From assembly GCA_964291395.2 (NCBI GenBank), contig OZ219856.1, forward strand, positions 480,001-544,000: a stretch of 64,000 bases of DNA, in the 5' to 3' direction. This DNA comes from Alphaproteobacteria bacterium. GTDB lineage: Bacteria; Pseudomonadota; Alphaproteobacteria; UBA2966. Below, piece after piece: positions 31,940 to 42,126 of this stretch (positions are counted from its first letter, which is position 1; each line of letters opens with the position of its first letter). A model generated the notes under the pieces. It was not told the origin of the DNA and made no database searches. It saw nothing but the letters and a program-made list of their open reading frames with translations. The position numbers were made by a program, and so were the translations under genes.

Positions 31940-31975
31940 TCAGTGGTAGTCCACCAGGTCCACGTCGACCGCCTC
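31940..31975 (-). pseudogene. HigB toxin C-terminal tail remnant
   Basis: EAVDVDLVDYH* immediately upstream of the second higA and its RBS. Confidence 0.75.
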
Positions 31976-32056
31976 GCTCGTCCCGACCCCGCATCCCGAC
32001 CTCTCACGACAATCGACGCAGGATCGGAAAACCACGACACGGAGAATCGCTCCAGC

Positions 32057-32076
32057 GGGTTTTTCAGCAGCCTGTT
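32057..32076. mobile_element. Possible isolated IS5-like terminal inverted repeat
   Basis: GGGTTTTTCAGCAGCCTGTT resembles IS5-family right ends as recalled; no transposase present. Confidence 0.4.
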
Positions 32077-32137
32077 GGATCGGGGACCCATTCGTTCCGG
32101 CCGCAAACGGTTCGGGACTACGGCGAAGCGTTCGTCG

Positions 32138-33832
32138 TCACATGAATTCGAAATCGCAACCCTGGTCTGCCTGTTGAACGGAATCCAGATAGAGCTTGAG
32201 GTATCCCCGATCGCTTCCCGGATGAGGGGAGGGCGCCGGCCGGTTCCTGCGGCGGGCCTGAAGTTCCTCGGCGCCGACCTCGAGCTCCAGCCTGCGTGCC
32301 GCGACGTCGAGAGAGACCATGTCCCCGTTCTGGACCAGGGCGAGGGGGCCGCCGACGTAGGATTCCGGCGTGACGTGCAGAACGACGGTACCGAACGCGG
32401 TGCCGCTCATGCGGGCGTCGGAGATGCGCACCATGTCCTTGACGCCCCGGCGGCCGAGTTTCTTGGGAATGGGCAGATACCCGGCCTCGGGCATGCCGGG
32501 TGCGCCTTTCGGGCCCGCGTTCTTGAGAACGAGCACGCTGTCCGCGTCGACGTCGAGATCGGGATCGTCGATCCGTCGGGCGAGGTCCTCGAGGGATTCG
32601 AAGACGACCGCCCGGCCCTTGTGAGACATGAGCTCCGGGGATGCGGCGGAATGCTTGATGATGGCGCCTCCCGGCGCGAGGTTCCCGGACAGCACCGCCA
32701 GCCCGCCCGAGGGCCGGACGGGCCTGTCGGGAGACCGGACGACGTTTTGCCCGGGCACGCGTTCGCCCGCCTCGATGTTTTCTCCGAGGGGACGGCCGGT
32801 GATCGTCGGCGCATCCAACGCGAGGTGCGGCTTGAGTTCCCGCAATACCGCATTCAGACCGCCCGACTCGTGGAGATTCTCCATGTAGTGCTCGCCCGAG
32901 GGTTTGAGATCGATGAGCACCGGCACCTCGCGCCCGATGCGGTCGAATTCGTCGAGGTCGACGGCGATTCCCAGTCGCCGGGCGACCGCCGTGATGTGGA
33001 TCAGTCCGTTGGTGGATCCTCCGATCGCCTGGAGCGTGACCAGGGCGTTCCGGAAGGCGTCGGCCGTCATGACCTCCGACGGCCTCGGTCCGGATTGCGC
33101 CATCTCGACGGCCCGGCGCCCGGTCCGTTCGGCGATCCGCAGACGATCGGCATTGACCGCGGGGATGGTCGCGCCGCCGGGCAGCATCATGCCGAGCGCT
33201 TCCGTCATGCAGGCCATCGTGCTCGCCGTGCCCATGACCATGCAGGTGCCGATGGTCGGCGCGAGGCGGCCGGTGATCTCGTCGATGGCGTCGTCGTCCA
33301 GCTGGCCGGCGCGGTAGCTCCCCCACAGGCGCCGGCAGTCCGTGCACGCGCCCAGGCGTTCGCCCTGATAGCGGCCCGTCATCATGGGTCCGGTGACCAC
33401 GACCGCGGCGGGAATGTCGGCGCTGGCCGCGGCCATGAGTTGGGCGGGCACGGTCTTGTCGCATCCGCCGATCAGAACGACCGCGTCCATGGGCTGGGCG
33501 CGCATCATCTCTTCCGTGTCCATTGCCATCAGGTTCCGCAGGAACATGCTGGTGGGGTGGGAAAAGGATTCGTGGACCGAGATCGTCGGGAAGGCCATCG
33601 GCATCCCGCCGGCCAGCATGACGCCCCGCTTCACCGCTTCGATGAGCTTCGGCATGCCCCCGTGGCAGGCGTTGTAGTCGCTGCCCGTGTCGGTGATTCC
33701 GATGATCGGACGCGTCAGGGCATCGTCGGAATATCCCATCGCCTTGATGAAGGCGCGGCGCATGTAGAGGGAGAAGGCCTCGTCGCCGTAGTGGGCGAGA
33801 CCCTTCCGCATGCCTTTGCCGGTCTTGGTCAT
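32138..33832 (-). CDS. IlvD/Edd family dehydratase (sugar-acid / dihydroxy-acid)
   Basis: NACH, GGCDKT, GTCMVMGTASTM, GGSTN, GPKGAPGMPE and SDARMSGT motifs. Confidence 0.95.
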   Translation of the reverse strand: MTKTGKGMRKGLAHYGDEAFSLYMRRAFIKAMGYSDDALTRPIIGITDTGSDYNACHGGMPKLIEAVKRGVMLAGGMPMAFPTISVHESFSHPTSMFLRNLMAMDTEEMMRAQPMDAVVLIGGCDKTVPAQLMAAASADIPAAVVVTGPMMTGRYQGERLGACTDCRRLWGSYRAGQLDDDAIDEITGRLAPTIGTCMVMGTASTMACMTEALGMMLPGGATIPAVNADRLRIAERTGRRAVEMAQSGPRPSEVMTADAFRNALVTLQAIGGSTNGLIHITAVARRLGIAVDLDEFDRIGREVPVLIDLKPSGEHYMENLHESGGLNAVLRELKPHLALDAPTITGRPLGENIEAGERVPGQNVVRSPDRPVRPSGGLAVLSGNLAPGGAIIKHSAASPELMSHKGRAVVFESLEDLARRIDDPDLDVDADSVLVLKNAGPKGAPGMPEAGYLPIPKKLGRRGVKDMVRISDARMSGTAFGTVVLHVTPESYVGGPLALVQNGDMVSLDVAARRLELEVGAEELQARRRNRPAPSPHPGSDRGYLKLYLDSVQQADQGCDFEFM

Positions 33833-33899
33833 GTTCCGTGGCTCCCCGTTCCGCCGGCGGGATCCGGCCCGTTCCGGGATGCGTTCTCCGGTGCGCCGC

Positions 33900-34979
33900 C
33901 TATTCCGCCGCCTGGGGGAGGGTCGCGCCGATGTCCTTCAGCGGGCCGAGTTCCTTTTCCAGCATCGGCCGTATGTCGCTGGCGAACTTCTCCATCGTGT
34001 TCATGGCCTGGGTATGGCTGGAGCGCCCGACCTGGACATGGAACATGACGTGACTGGGGCTGCCGGCGCGAATGTCGGCGGCCAGTCTCTCCGCGATCGT
34101 TTCGCAGTCACCGACCAGCAGGTTGTCGGCCATTTCCTCGAGGGGCGGTTCGTCCGGGAACGGGATTTCGGTCATCATGCCGCCGTCCATGACCTCGGCG
34201 CGCCGGCGCAGCGCCGAGGCGAGCCGCATCTGGTGACGGGCGTTGTCGACGTAGGCGAGCGCTTCCTCCCGGCTCTCGGTGACGCAGAGGAATCGCTGGA
34301 TCCCGAGCGGCATCGTGCCGGGGTCCTTGCCCTCCGCCTTCCAGGACTCTTCGATCCGCGCCCGCATCTCGGCGATGTAGTCCGCGCCCTTCCAGCGTGC
34401 CGTGAACATGGGAACCAGGCCGCGCCGCGCCGCGAGGCGATGGCCCGCCTCATTGTCCCCGGCGAGCCAGATTTCCGGAGTGCCGTTTACCGGGCGGGCG
34501 CTGATGTGGGTTTCGGGCATGGAGTAGTGTTTGCCCGTGTAGGTGAACGTGGTGCGGGTGAAGGCGAGGTCGAGGAGATCGAGGAACTCTTCCAGCATCT
34601 CCCGGGCCTGGGCCAGGTCGGCGCCGAATCGATCGAACTCGTAAGGCTGGTAGCCGCTGCCGACGCCGAGGATCAGGCGTCCCGAGCTCAGCGAGTCCAC
34701 CATGCCGATCTCGGCCAGCACGCGGGCCGGATGGTAGAGGGGAGTCACGATCACGGCGGTGCCGAGACGGATGTCCCGCGTGGCCGACGCGCACGCGGCG
34801 GCCATCATGAGCGGCGACGGGCAGACGCAGTAGTTGGAGAAATGGTGTTCGGCGAACCAGGCGGTGTCGAAACCCAGCCAGTCGGCGTGTTTCACCTGCT
34901 CGAGGTGTTCACGGAAGACCCGTTCGGTCGTGAAGCCCTTGTCGCGGTATCCCATCAAGCTGAAATGCCCGAAATCCAT
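33900..34979 (-). CDS. LLM-class flavin-dependent oxidoreductase
   Basis: WFAEHHF, IRLGTAV and SSGRLILGVGSGY motifs. Confidence 0.9.
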   Translation of the reverse strand: MDFGHFSLMGYRDKGFTTERVFREHLEQVKHADWLGFDTAWFAEHHFSNYCVCPSPLMMAAACASATRDIRLGTAVIVTPLYHPARVLAEIGMVDSLSSGRLILGVGSGYQPYEFDRFGADLAQAREMLEEFLDLLDLAFTRTTFTYTGKHYSMPETHISARPVNGTPEIWLAGDNEAGHRLAARRGLVPMFTARWKGADYIAEMRARIEESWKAEGKDPGTMPLGIQRFLCVTESREEALAYVDNARHQMRLASALRRRAEVMDGGMMTEIPFPDEPPLEEMADNLLVGDCETIAERLAADIRAGSPSHVMFHVQVGRSSHTQAMNTMEKFASDIRPMLEKELGPLKDIGATLPQAAE

Positions 34980-35046
34980 CGCCGTTCTCCAGAGTCGTCA
35001 TGCCGTTCGCCGCGAGCCCGCTCGCGGTGGCGCCCGTTCCTGCAAC

Positions 35047-36003
35047 TTACCTTCGTGGACCAGCCGAATCCAACGCGCCCTGCCTCACCTCGAACACGAG
35101 CTTCCCGCGGAGATGACGCCCTTCGCTGATCCTGTGCGCCTCGGCCGCTTCGGACAGGGAGAACGGAGTGATTTCGGGAACGCGTACGGCCCCCGCATCC
35201 AGCAGCTCGATGATTCTCTCCAGGTGAAGGCGATCCCGGTTCACCCGGGGCCTGAGGGCCTGAACGTCGTCCCGCGGCGGGGCCGGCGCCTTGGGGCCGG
35301 ACGCGATGAAGGCGATTCGTCCCCCCGGCTTCAACACCTCGAACGAGCGTTCCGCGACGCCGCCGCCCACGGTCTCGAACACGGCGTCGCAGTCGGTCAC
35401 GGCCTCGACGAAGTCCCGGGCGTTGTAGTCGATGATCTCGTCGGCGCCGAGACCTGCGAGATAGTCGCGATTGGCCGCGCTGGCCGTCGTCACCACGTGC
35501 GCTCCGATGTGCTTGGCCAGTTGGATCCCGAAGCCGGCGACGCCGCCTGCCCCGCCCTGGATGAGTATCTTCTCCCCCGGTCGGAGTCGCAGCGTGTCCT
35601 CGATCGAAACCAGAGCCGTGAGGCCGCCGAGGGAAACGGCCGCCGCGTCCGTGTGGGAGAGGCGGTCCGGCTTCTTCGCGATGATGGCGGCCTTGACCGC
35701 GATCTTCTCCGCGTAGGCGCCTTCCTGGCCCACGTCGCAGACGCCGAACACCGCGTCTCCCGCCGCCAGGTCCGTGACTTCTCTTCCGGCCGAGTTGACG
35801 ATCCCCGAGAAATCGCGCCCGAGAACGTAGGGGAACCGGAGGTCCGCGCCGTAGGTGCCGGAGCGCACCTTCCAGTCCGCGGCGTTGACGCTCGCCGCGT
35901 GGACGTCGACGATCACTTCGTCCGCTCCGGCGACGGGATCGGGAACGTCGCCGAACTTCAGGACCTCGGGTCCGCCGTATTCCTCCAGGTACGCGGCTTT
36001 CAT
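35047..36003 (-). CDS. NADP-dependent MDR oxidoreductase (quinone reductase-like)
   Basis: YGGPEVL, ASVNAADWK, GRDFSG, GGAGGV and GKLV motifs. Confidence 0.9.
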   Translation of the reverse strand: MKAAYLEEYGGPEVLKFGDVPDPVAGADEVIVDVHAASVNAADWKVRSGTYGADLRFPYVLGRDFSGIVNSAGREVTDLAAGDAVFGVCDVGQEGAYAEKIAVKAAIIAKKPDRLSHTDAAAVSLGGLTALVSIEDTLRLRPGEKILIQGGAGGVAGFGIQLAKHIGAHVVTTASAANRDYLAGLGADEIIDYNARDFVEAVTDCDAVFETVGGGVAERSFEVLKPGGRIAFIASGPKAPAPPRDDVQALRPRVNRDRLHLERIIELLDAGAVRVPEITPFSLSEAAEAHRISEGRHLRGKLVFEVRQGALDSAGPRR

Positions 36004-36049
36004 CGTCTCTCCGCTCCGGTTCTTCGGCCGCCGGTTCCGCTCCCGCCCG

Positions 36050-36427
36050 TCATGCGGAGCGCACCTTCGTGAAACTGCTCTTTCGGGTCATGAGGCCGTC
36101 GCGGAACGTGATCACGTCAATGGTCATCCACTCGGTGTCCTCGCCGTCCTTCGATCGTGCCCTGCGCATGTACTCGCAATAGACCTTGTTGCCGGCGATC
36201 CGGGTATCGAGCGGTTCCCACCGCACCGATTCGACACTGTCGAAAAGCGCCTGGAAGGCGCCCGCGATGGCTTCCTTCCCCTTGAAGGTGGTGCCCTCCG
36301 CGTCCGGTCCGCGGCTGGTGTCGAAGCAGGCGTCCTCCGTGAAGTACGGCATGACGGCCGAGACGTCGTTGCTGTTGAACGCTTCGTTGATGGCGTTCAC
36401 CAGCTTTTCCGTGGGTGTATCGCTCAT
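36050..36427 (-). CDS. NTF2 / SnoaL-like family protein
   Basis: AFNSNDV...FTEDA...GKEAI...DVITFRDGL. Confidence 0.82.
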   Translation of the reverse strand: MSDTPTEKLVNAINEAFNSNDVSAVMPYFTEDACFDTSRGPDAEGTTFKGKEAIAGAFQALFDSVESVRWEPLDTRIAGNKVYCEYMRRARSKDGEDTEWMTIDVITFRDGLMTRKSSFTKVRSA

Positions 36428-36457
36428 GGTCGAGGTCTCCGGCGCTGTGTCGCGGCC

Positions 36458-37297
36458 TCAGGCTGCCAGAGCGAGGCAGCGCTCGGCAAACGACCCGAGC
36501 TCTCGATTGAACCGATCCGGCTCTTCATAGAACGGCGCGTGGCCGACGCCGGGATAGATCGAGAGTTCGGCGTGGGGGATGAGTTCGGCATGATGTTTCG
36601 CCAGGGCAACGACGAGGGACCGGTCCCGGTCCCCGTGAATGATCCAGGTCGGCAGCACGACTTGCGACAGCACGTCGTCGTTGTCGAGGGTTCGCTCGAG
36701 CATGGCGCGGCAGACATGGGGCGGAACGACGGCGTTGTATCCCACCATCTCGTAGTAGTCGCCTGCCGGGATTTCCGCATGAGTCAGCGATTGAAGGAAC
36801 GCCTCGATCCCCGCGATGCGGGTTGCCGCTTCGTCGGCCAGAAAGCCCGGCAGGAGGTCGTGGAAGAGGCTGCCCGCCATCACGTCCGCGGCTTCCGTCC
36901 CGATCTTCGAGCGTGCGCTGATCAATCCCAGCCCGCCCAGCTTGGATTGATCCTCGAAGCGCAGGAAATCGCAGGCGGCCAGTCCCGAATACGACCAGGC
37001 GAGCAGAATGGGCCGCTCCAACTCCAGATGCTCGATCACGGCCGCGATGTCTCCGGCCCAACGCCATCCCTCCGTGTAGCTCTCTGTCGTGCGTGGCTTG
37101 TCCGAACGGCCGTGGCCGCGAAGATCGGGTGTGATCAGACGAAACCGTTCCTTGAGGGCGCTCCCGTACTGCCGTTTCCACGAGTGCGCGCACTGGGCGA
37201 ATCCATGGGTAAGGATGAGGGATGGCGCGTCGGCGTTGCCGTGGTCGTCGACGATCAGGCGAATCCCGTCGCTCCCGGTTATCGCGTGGGTCTTCAT
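36458..37297 (-). CDS. Alpha/beta fold hydrolase
   Basis: HGFAQ, DLRGHGRSDKP, AWSYSG and GHAPF motifs. Confidence 0.9.
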   Translation of the reverse strand: MKTHAITGSDGIRLIVDDHGNADAPSLILTHGFAQCAHSWKRQYGSALKERFRLITPDLRGHGRSDKPRTTESYTEGWRWAGDIAAVIEHLELERPILLAWSYSGLAACDFLRFEDQSKLGGLGLISARSKIGTEAADVMAGSLFHDLLPGFLADEAATRIAGIEAFLQSLTHAEIPAGDYYEMVGYNAVVPPHVCRAMLERTLDNDDVLSQVVLPTWIIHGDRDRSLVVALAKHHAELIPHAELSIYPGVGHAPFYEEPDRFNRELGSFAERCLALAA

Positions 37298-37475
37298 GGC
37301 TCCCGCAGGCTTGGATGCTTGGATGGCTCGTCGGAACGTATCACACGTGCCGGGGTTGCCGAATCCGGCGGCGCGTATCGTCTTGATGGATCGCATGCCG
37401 TTTGCAGCGCTGCCGTTTGCGGGGCCGATTCGCCGGCCGTTCGAACGATGTCTGAGCGGGATTACGACTACATCG
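37222..37475. repeat. Direct repeat copy A (hydrolase 5' end, divergent intergenic region, GMC start)
   Basis: Near-identical to 38072-38423 except that it lacks 38211-38320 and has small indels. Confidence 0.92.
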
Positions 37476-37740
37476 GCAAGGCGGGCGGGGCCAAGTTCTG
37501 GTTCCACGGCCTGCGCAACAGCTGAATCTCCCGCAGGTCGCTCCGGAACCGGAAGAACACTCTGCGGTCCCCCACTCTCAGCCGCCATTCCGGCGGTCTC
37601 GTGTCCCGAAGCTTGGCGACGTCGCCACGACCGCTGTCAGCCAGCTCGATCACCGCCTCGCGGACCCGGCGCGCCATTGCCGGGTCGAGCCTCTTCATGT
37701 CCCTGAGAGCGGGGCGGGTCCAGACGAGCTTCCACGTCAT
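37468..37740 (-). CDS. RelE/ParE family toxin, native C-terminus apparently replaced
   Basis: WKLVWTRPALRDMKRLD...GDVAKL...WRLRVGDRRVFF...IQLLR, then unrelated tail RPWNQNLAPPALPM. Confidence 0.8.
   Translation of the reverse strand: MTWKLVWTRPALRDMKRLDPAMARRVREAVIELADSGRGDVAKLRDTRPPEWRLRVGDRRVFFRFRSDLREIQLLRRPWNQNLAPPALPM
37471..37519 (+). pseudogene. Short fragment resembling a tyrosine-recombinase HxxR box
   Basis: Translates IGKAGGAKFWFHGLRN; joined to its flanks via CATCG and GCGCAAC. Confidence 0.5.
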
Positions 37741-37991
37741 ATCCCGAGTTCGGCGCGCAACTCGCGGTCGGAGACCACATCACCTGCTTCAAGGGCGCGT
37801 CGTCCCTCGGCAAGCGACTCTCGGTCACCCTCGCTCAGCGGCCCGGCTGCCTCGGGAGCGTTCAGGAGCGTCTGGACGAAGGGGTGGCCGAGCCCGGCCA
37901 GAAATTCGAGGTAGCGCTCGGCAGCGGCGAGCTCGCCCGCGGGAAGGGCGTCGACCAGACGATGCAGTCTCTCCTTGGGCTCGGTTGCCAT
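37737..37991 (-). CDS. Putative antitoxin of the RelE-type toxin
   Basis: 84 aa acidic ORF ending G.VVS..ELRAELGI; ATGA overlap with the toxin. Confidence 0.8.
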   Translation of the reverse strand: MATEPKERLHRLVDALPAGELAAAERYLEFLAGLGHPFVQTLLNAPEAAGPLSEGDRESLAEGRRALEAGDVVSDRELRAELGI

Positions 37992-38071
37992 GTCGGTCTT
38001 TCGGTGGACGGCGGTCATCCTCGATATCCCCGGAGTCTAGGGGTTTCGTCCGTCGTCGTCGAATCGCTGGC

Positions 38072-38423
38072 ATGGCGCGTCGGCGTTGCCGTGGTCGTGG
38101 ACGATCAGGCGAATCCCGTCGCTCCCGGTTATCGCGTGGGTCTTCATGGCTCCCGCAGGCTGGGATGGCTCGTCGGAACGTATCACACGTGCCGGGGCTG
38201 CCGAATCCGGTAGCGCCTCGCCTCGCGACGTGCTGGCGGGGTGGGGCGCCGTGTGCCATAAACGCGGCCTCCCGGCAGGCGCTGCCGCCGCGCGTCCGGG
38301 CGGTACTCGAACGACACCGGCGGCGCGTATCGTCTTGATGGATCGCATGTCGTTTGCAGCGTTGCCGTTTGCGGGGCCGATTGGCCGCTCGAGTGATGTC
38401 TGAGCGGGAATACGACTACATCG
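38072..38423. repeat. Direct repeat copy B
   Basis: Matches 37222-37475; carries the intact GMC start and a truncated hydrolase start (MKTHAITGSDGIRLIVHDHGNADAP). Confidence 0.92.
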
Positions 38424-40031
38424 TCGTCGGCGCGGGCTCGGCGGGATGCGCGCTGGCCGCGCGACTGGTGGAGACCGGGCGGTTCCGTATCCTCTTGGTG
38501 GAGGCCGGCGGCAAGGACGACAACGTCTGGATTCACGTTCCCCTCGGCGTGGGCAGGCTGATCGCCGACGAGAAGGTACGCCTGGAAGTTCTTCAGTACG
38601 CCCCAGCGGCATATGAACGGTCAGGCGATCTATTCGCCCCGGGGCAAGGTGCTCGGGGGATCGAGCGCGCTGAACGGCATGGCGCATGTTTGGGGTGAAG
38701 CGGCCGTGTTCGACTCCTGGCGCGATTCGGGCCTGGTCGGTTGGGGTTTCGAAGATCTCAAGCCGTACTTCAAGCGGCTCGAGAGCAACGGCTACACGAA
38801 TTCCGGGGATCGGGGCCATGAGGGTCCTGTCCGGATCACCGACCTGAAGGCCCGCATGCCGGATCCGCTGTCCGATGCCTTCGTGGCGGCCTGCGTGTCG
38901 GCCGGAATCGAGGAGACTCCGGACTACAACAGCGTCTCGTACGAAGGGGTGCGCTATTTGGAACAGACGGCGCACGAGGGACGCCGCTTCACGACTGCCG
39001 TCGCCTATCTGCGCAATCTTCGGTACGCGTCGATGCTGGACGTTCAGACCGACGCAGTGGTGGAACGGGTGCAGTTCGCCGGAAAGCGGGCCACCGGAAT
39101 CGTGTATCGGCGGGATGGACGGGTTCGGACTGCCAGGGCGCGCGGAGAGGTCCTGATCTGCGGCGGCGCCGTGAAGTCGCCCCAGATACTCGAGCTGTCC
39201 GGAATCGGCCGTGGCGAGCTCCTGCGACGTCATGGCATTCCCGTGGTTCACGAGCTCCCGGACGTCGGCGAGCACCTGAGCGACCATCTTCAGGTACGGT
39301 GTACCTATCAGACGACGCTGCCGATCACCGTCAACGACATCATGCGCAGTCCGTACTACAAGATCAGGTACGGGCTTCAATACCTGTTGACCCGCAAGGG
39401 CTTGATGGCGGGGACGTCCTCCACGGCACACGCGATCGCTCGGACGGATCCTTCGCTTTCGAAAGCGGATGCGATGATCCGTCTCTATCAGATCAGTGGC
39501 GCGGACCGTTATTCCCGAAGCAAGACCGGCGGCATCGATCGATTCCCGGGCTTCACGATCGGCGGGTTCAAGCTCCATCCCGCCTCGCGCGGCTCGGTGC
39601 ACATCGCATCCCCCGATCCGAACGGGGATCCGGCTCTGGACCCCAATTATCTGGAACGGCAGGATGACAGGGACGCGGCCGTTCGGATCCTGAAACTGAT
39701 CCGGAGAGTCGCGGATCAATCGGATTGGCGGGATTACATCGTCGCCGAGCGTCGGCCCGGACCCGAGGTCCGTTCCGACGACGCTCTGCTCGACTACGTC
39801 AAGGAGACCGGGCAGACCGCCTGGCATACCGTCGGCAGTTGCCGCATGGGGGCCGCGGGGTCTTCCGTGGTCGACTCGTCGTTGCGCGTGCACGGCATCG
39901 AACGGTTGCGCGTGATCGACGCGTCGGTGCTGCCGACGATCCCATCCTCCAACACCAACGCGGCGGCCATCGTCGTCGGCGAGAAAGGCGCGGATCTGGT
40001 GCTCGCGGAGTCCGCCCTGGGCAATGTTTGA
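38396..40031 (+). CDS. GMC family oxidoreductase (choline dehydrogenase-like); frameshift near 38576
   Basis: [12 protein letters not shown] in the first frame; [30 protein letters not shown] and LRVIDAS in the next; removing one G restores EKYAWKF. Confidence 0.88.
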
Positions 40032-40077
40032 GAAGGCCGGACGATCGCCGTGACCCGATGAACTCGGGGCCGGGGGT

Positions 40078-41133
40078 TCAGGGCCGAAGAACCACCCGGC
40101 CGACGATCCTGCCGCCCTGCTGGAGATCTTCGAGGACGCTGGTCGCCTCTTCCAGCGGCCGCGTCGTGACCGGCAGCGGCGTGATCCTGCCGGCCATGAC
40201 CAGGGCCATGAGCTCCTTGAGTTCCTCCAGGGAGCCTACGTACGACCCCCGCAGCATGCGATGCTGAAGAGGCAGGAACGGTACCGGGAACGTGAACTTT
40301 CCGCCGTACAGGCCGACGATCACCTGCATGCCGCCGCGGCAGAGCGAGTCGAAGCCGAACTGCGCGGTTTCCGGGCTGCCGACGAAGTCGATGGCGGCGC
40401 GGGCGCCGCCGCCGGACAGTTCTTTGACCTCTTCCGCGGCGGTCGCGGTGGAGTTGTCCACGGCGTGCGCCGCGCCGGCGTCGAGTGCCGCCTGCCGTTT
40501 CCCGGGGTCGATGTCGGCGGCGACGATCTTCGCGCCGGTGAGGGCCGGCGCGACGTTCATCGCGTTCAGGCCGACGCCTCCGGCACCGATGATCAGGAGG
40601 GTATCGTCGTCGTTCAGCGGCGTGACCTTCTTGATCGCGCTGTAGACGGTCAGGCCGGAGCAGGCGTAGGTGCACGCCAGGGTCTCGGCCACGTCGCCGT
40701 ATTCCACCAGATAGCGGGCGTCCGGGACGACGACGTGGTCGCTGTATCCGCCGTGCCGGCGCGTGCCCAGCGGGTTCGGCGACACGCAGTCGACCTCGCG
40801 GTCGTCCTGGCAGGCCCGGCATTCGCCGCAGCCGATCCACGGAAAGACGATGCGCTTGTCGCCGACGGATACGCCGGTCGCGTCGGGGCCCAATGCGACG
40901 GCTTCGCCGATGACCTCGTGGCCCATGGTGAAGGGGAGTTGCACGCCGCGGCTTTCGATGGTGGCCCGCTCGCCGTCGCCGAGATCGAAATAGCCGTGCC
41001 AGACGTGCACGTCGGTATGGCATACGCCGCAGGCCGTCACCTTCACCAGGACTTCCGTGCCCTGCGGTTCCGGGTCGGGGTATTCGTGCATTTCGAGGGG
41101 TTTGCCCCATTCGACGATCTGGCAGCTACGCAT
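40078..41133 (-). CDS. Zn-dependent alcohol dehydrogenase
   Basis: CGVCHTD, GHE, CGECRAC...C and GAGGVG motifs. Confidence 0.93.
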   Translation of the reverse strand: MRSCQIVEWGKPLEMHEYPDPEPQGTEVLVKVTACGVCHTDVHVWHGYFDLGDGERATIESRGVQLPFTMGHEVIGEAVALGPDATGVSVGDKRIVFPWIGCGECRACQDDREVDCVSPNPLGTRRHGGYSDHVVVPDARYLVEYGDVAETLACTYACSGLTVYSAIKKVTPLNDDDTLLIIGAGGVGLNAMNVAPALTGAKIVAADIDPGKRQAALDAGAAHAVDNSTATAAEEVKELSGGGARAAIDFVGSPETAQFGFDSLCRGGMQVIVGLYGGKFTFPVPFLPLQHRMLRGSYVGSLEELKELMALVMAGRITPLPVTTRPLEEATSVLEDLQQGGRIVGRVVLRP

Positions 41134-41307
41134 CGTTGCGACCTCGACATTCCAGGTTCCTTGATCGGGCGGGCATTGTGCAGATTTGCCGTCGCGGTGT
41201 CACGGCCGGCTCCGGCGAGGACGCGTGTCGGTCTATGCGTCGGTCGGGGAAAAGGGGTGCTCCCCGTGATCGGCAACGCCGCGCACGAGAAAGGCCGCCG
41301 TCCCGGA

Positions 41308-41811
41308 TCACCTGCGGTCGAGGGCGACCGGCGGAGGGTTTCGCAGCGTCTGATAGATGACGCAGTAGCGTTCCGTCAGTTTGAACAACGTCGCCAGGCT
41401 GTCCGCGTCGGCGTCGGTATCGAGGTCGAACGCCAGTCGGATATCCCTGAAACCGACCGGTGCTTCCTTGTCGACTCCGAGGGTTCCCCGGAAATCGAGA
41501 TCGCCTTCGGCGCTGACCTTTCCGCCCCGGACCTCGATCCCGAGGGCCGTGGCGACCGCCCGCAGAGTGACGCCGGCGCAGGCGACGAGCGCTTCGAGCA
41601 GCATGTCGCCGGAACAGGCCTGGGTGCCGTCCCCGCCCGAGGCGGGATGGAGGCCCGCTTCCACCAGCGCTTTGCCGGTTTGCACCGAACAGGCGACGCC
41701 TTCCCCGTCCAGCGTTCCGGCCGCGGACAGGGTGATGACGGCCGCCTCGGGCGTTTCCCGATAGGTGTTCTTGAGGGGCGCCTGCAGGGCACGCAGTTCT
41801 TCGGATTTCAC
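41308..41811 (-). CDS. OsmC family protein
   Basis: LHPASGG, CSGDMLLEALVACAG, DLDFRGTLGV and TERYCV motifs; GTG start. Confidence 0.88.
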   Translation of the reverse strand: MKSEELRALQAPLKNTYRETPEAAVITLSAAGTLDGEGVACSVQTGKALVEAGLHPASGGDGTQACSGDMLLEALVACAGVTLRAVATALGIEVRGGKVSAEGDLDFRGTLGVDKEAPVGFRDIRLAFDLDTDADADSLATLFKLTERYCVIYQTLRNPPPVALDRR

Positions 41812-42126
41812 GGCCGCCTCCCGATCGCGTTTCGGGCTCAAGGTACCCAGGCGTCGTCGGCCTGTCCACGGTCCCCGGACCATCCCCTCGGATGGTCGAT
41901 CGCGTGGAACACCGCCTGGAACGAAACGGTGCCGAACGCACGGCAAACGCGGGGTTCGACGCCGGTCCCCTGCCTCGGCCGGATACTTCTTCCGCGTGGT
42001 TTCGACCGTGACGCCCGCGTCTTGTCGGCCGGCGAAGTAGTATTGTCCGTATCGCTGCCGCCCGCGAAGATGCGTCGTCCGCGCGGGGTGAAGGCCGAAC
42101 GTCGCTTCGAGAAGGAGGAGTATCAG

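Noticed and set aside
29388-32100. Intact prophage
   Set aside because: Only a repressor and TA debris; no integrase, replication or structural genes.
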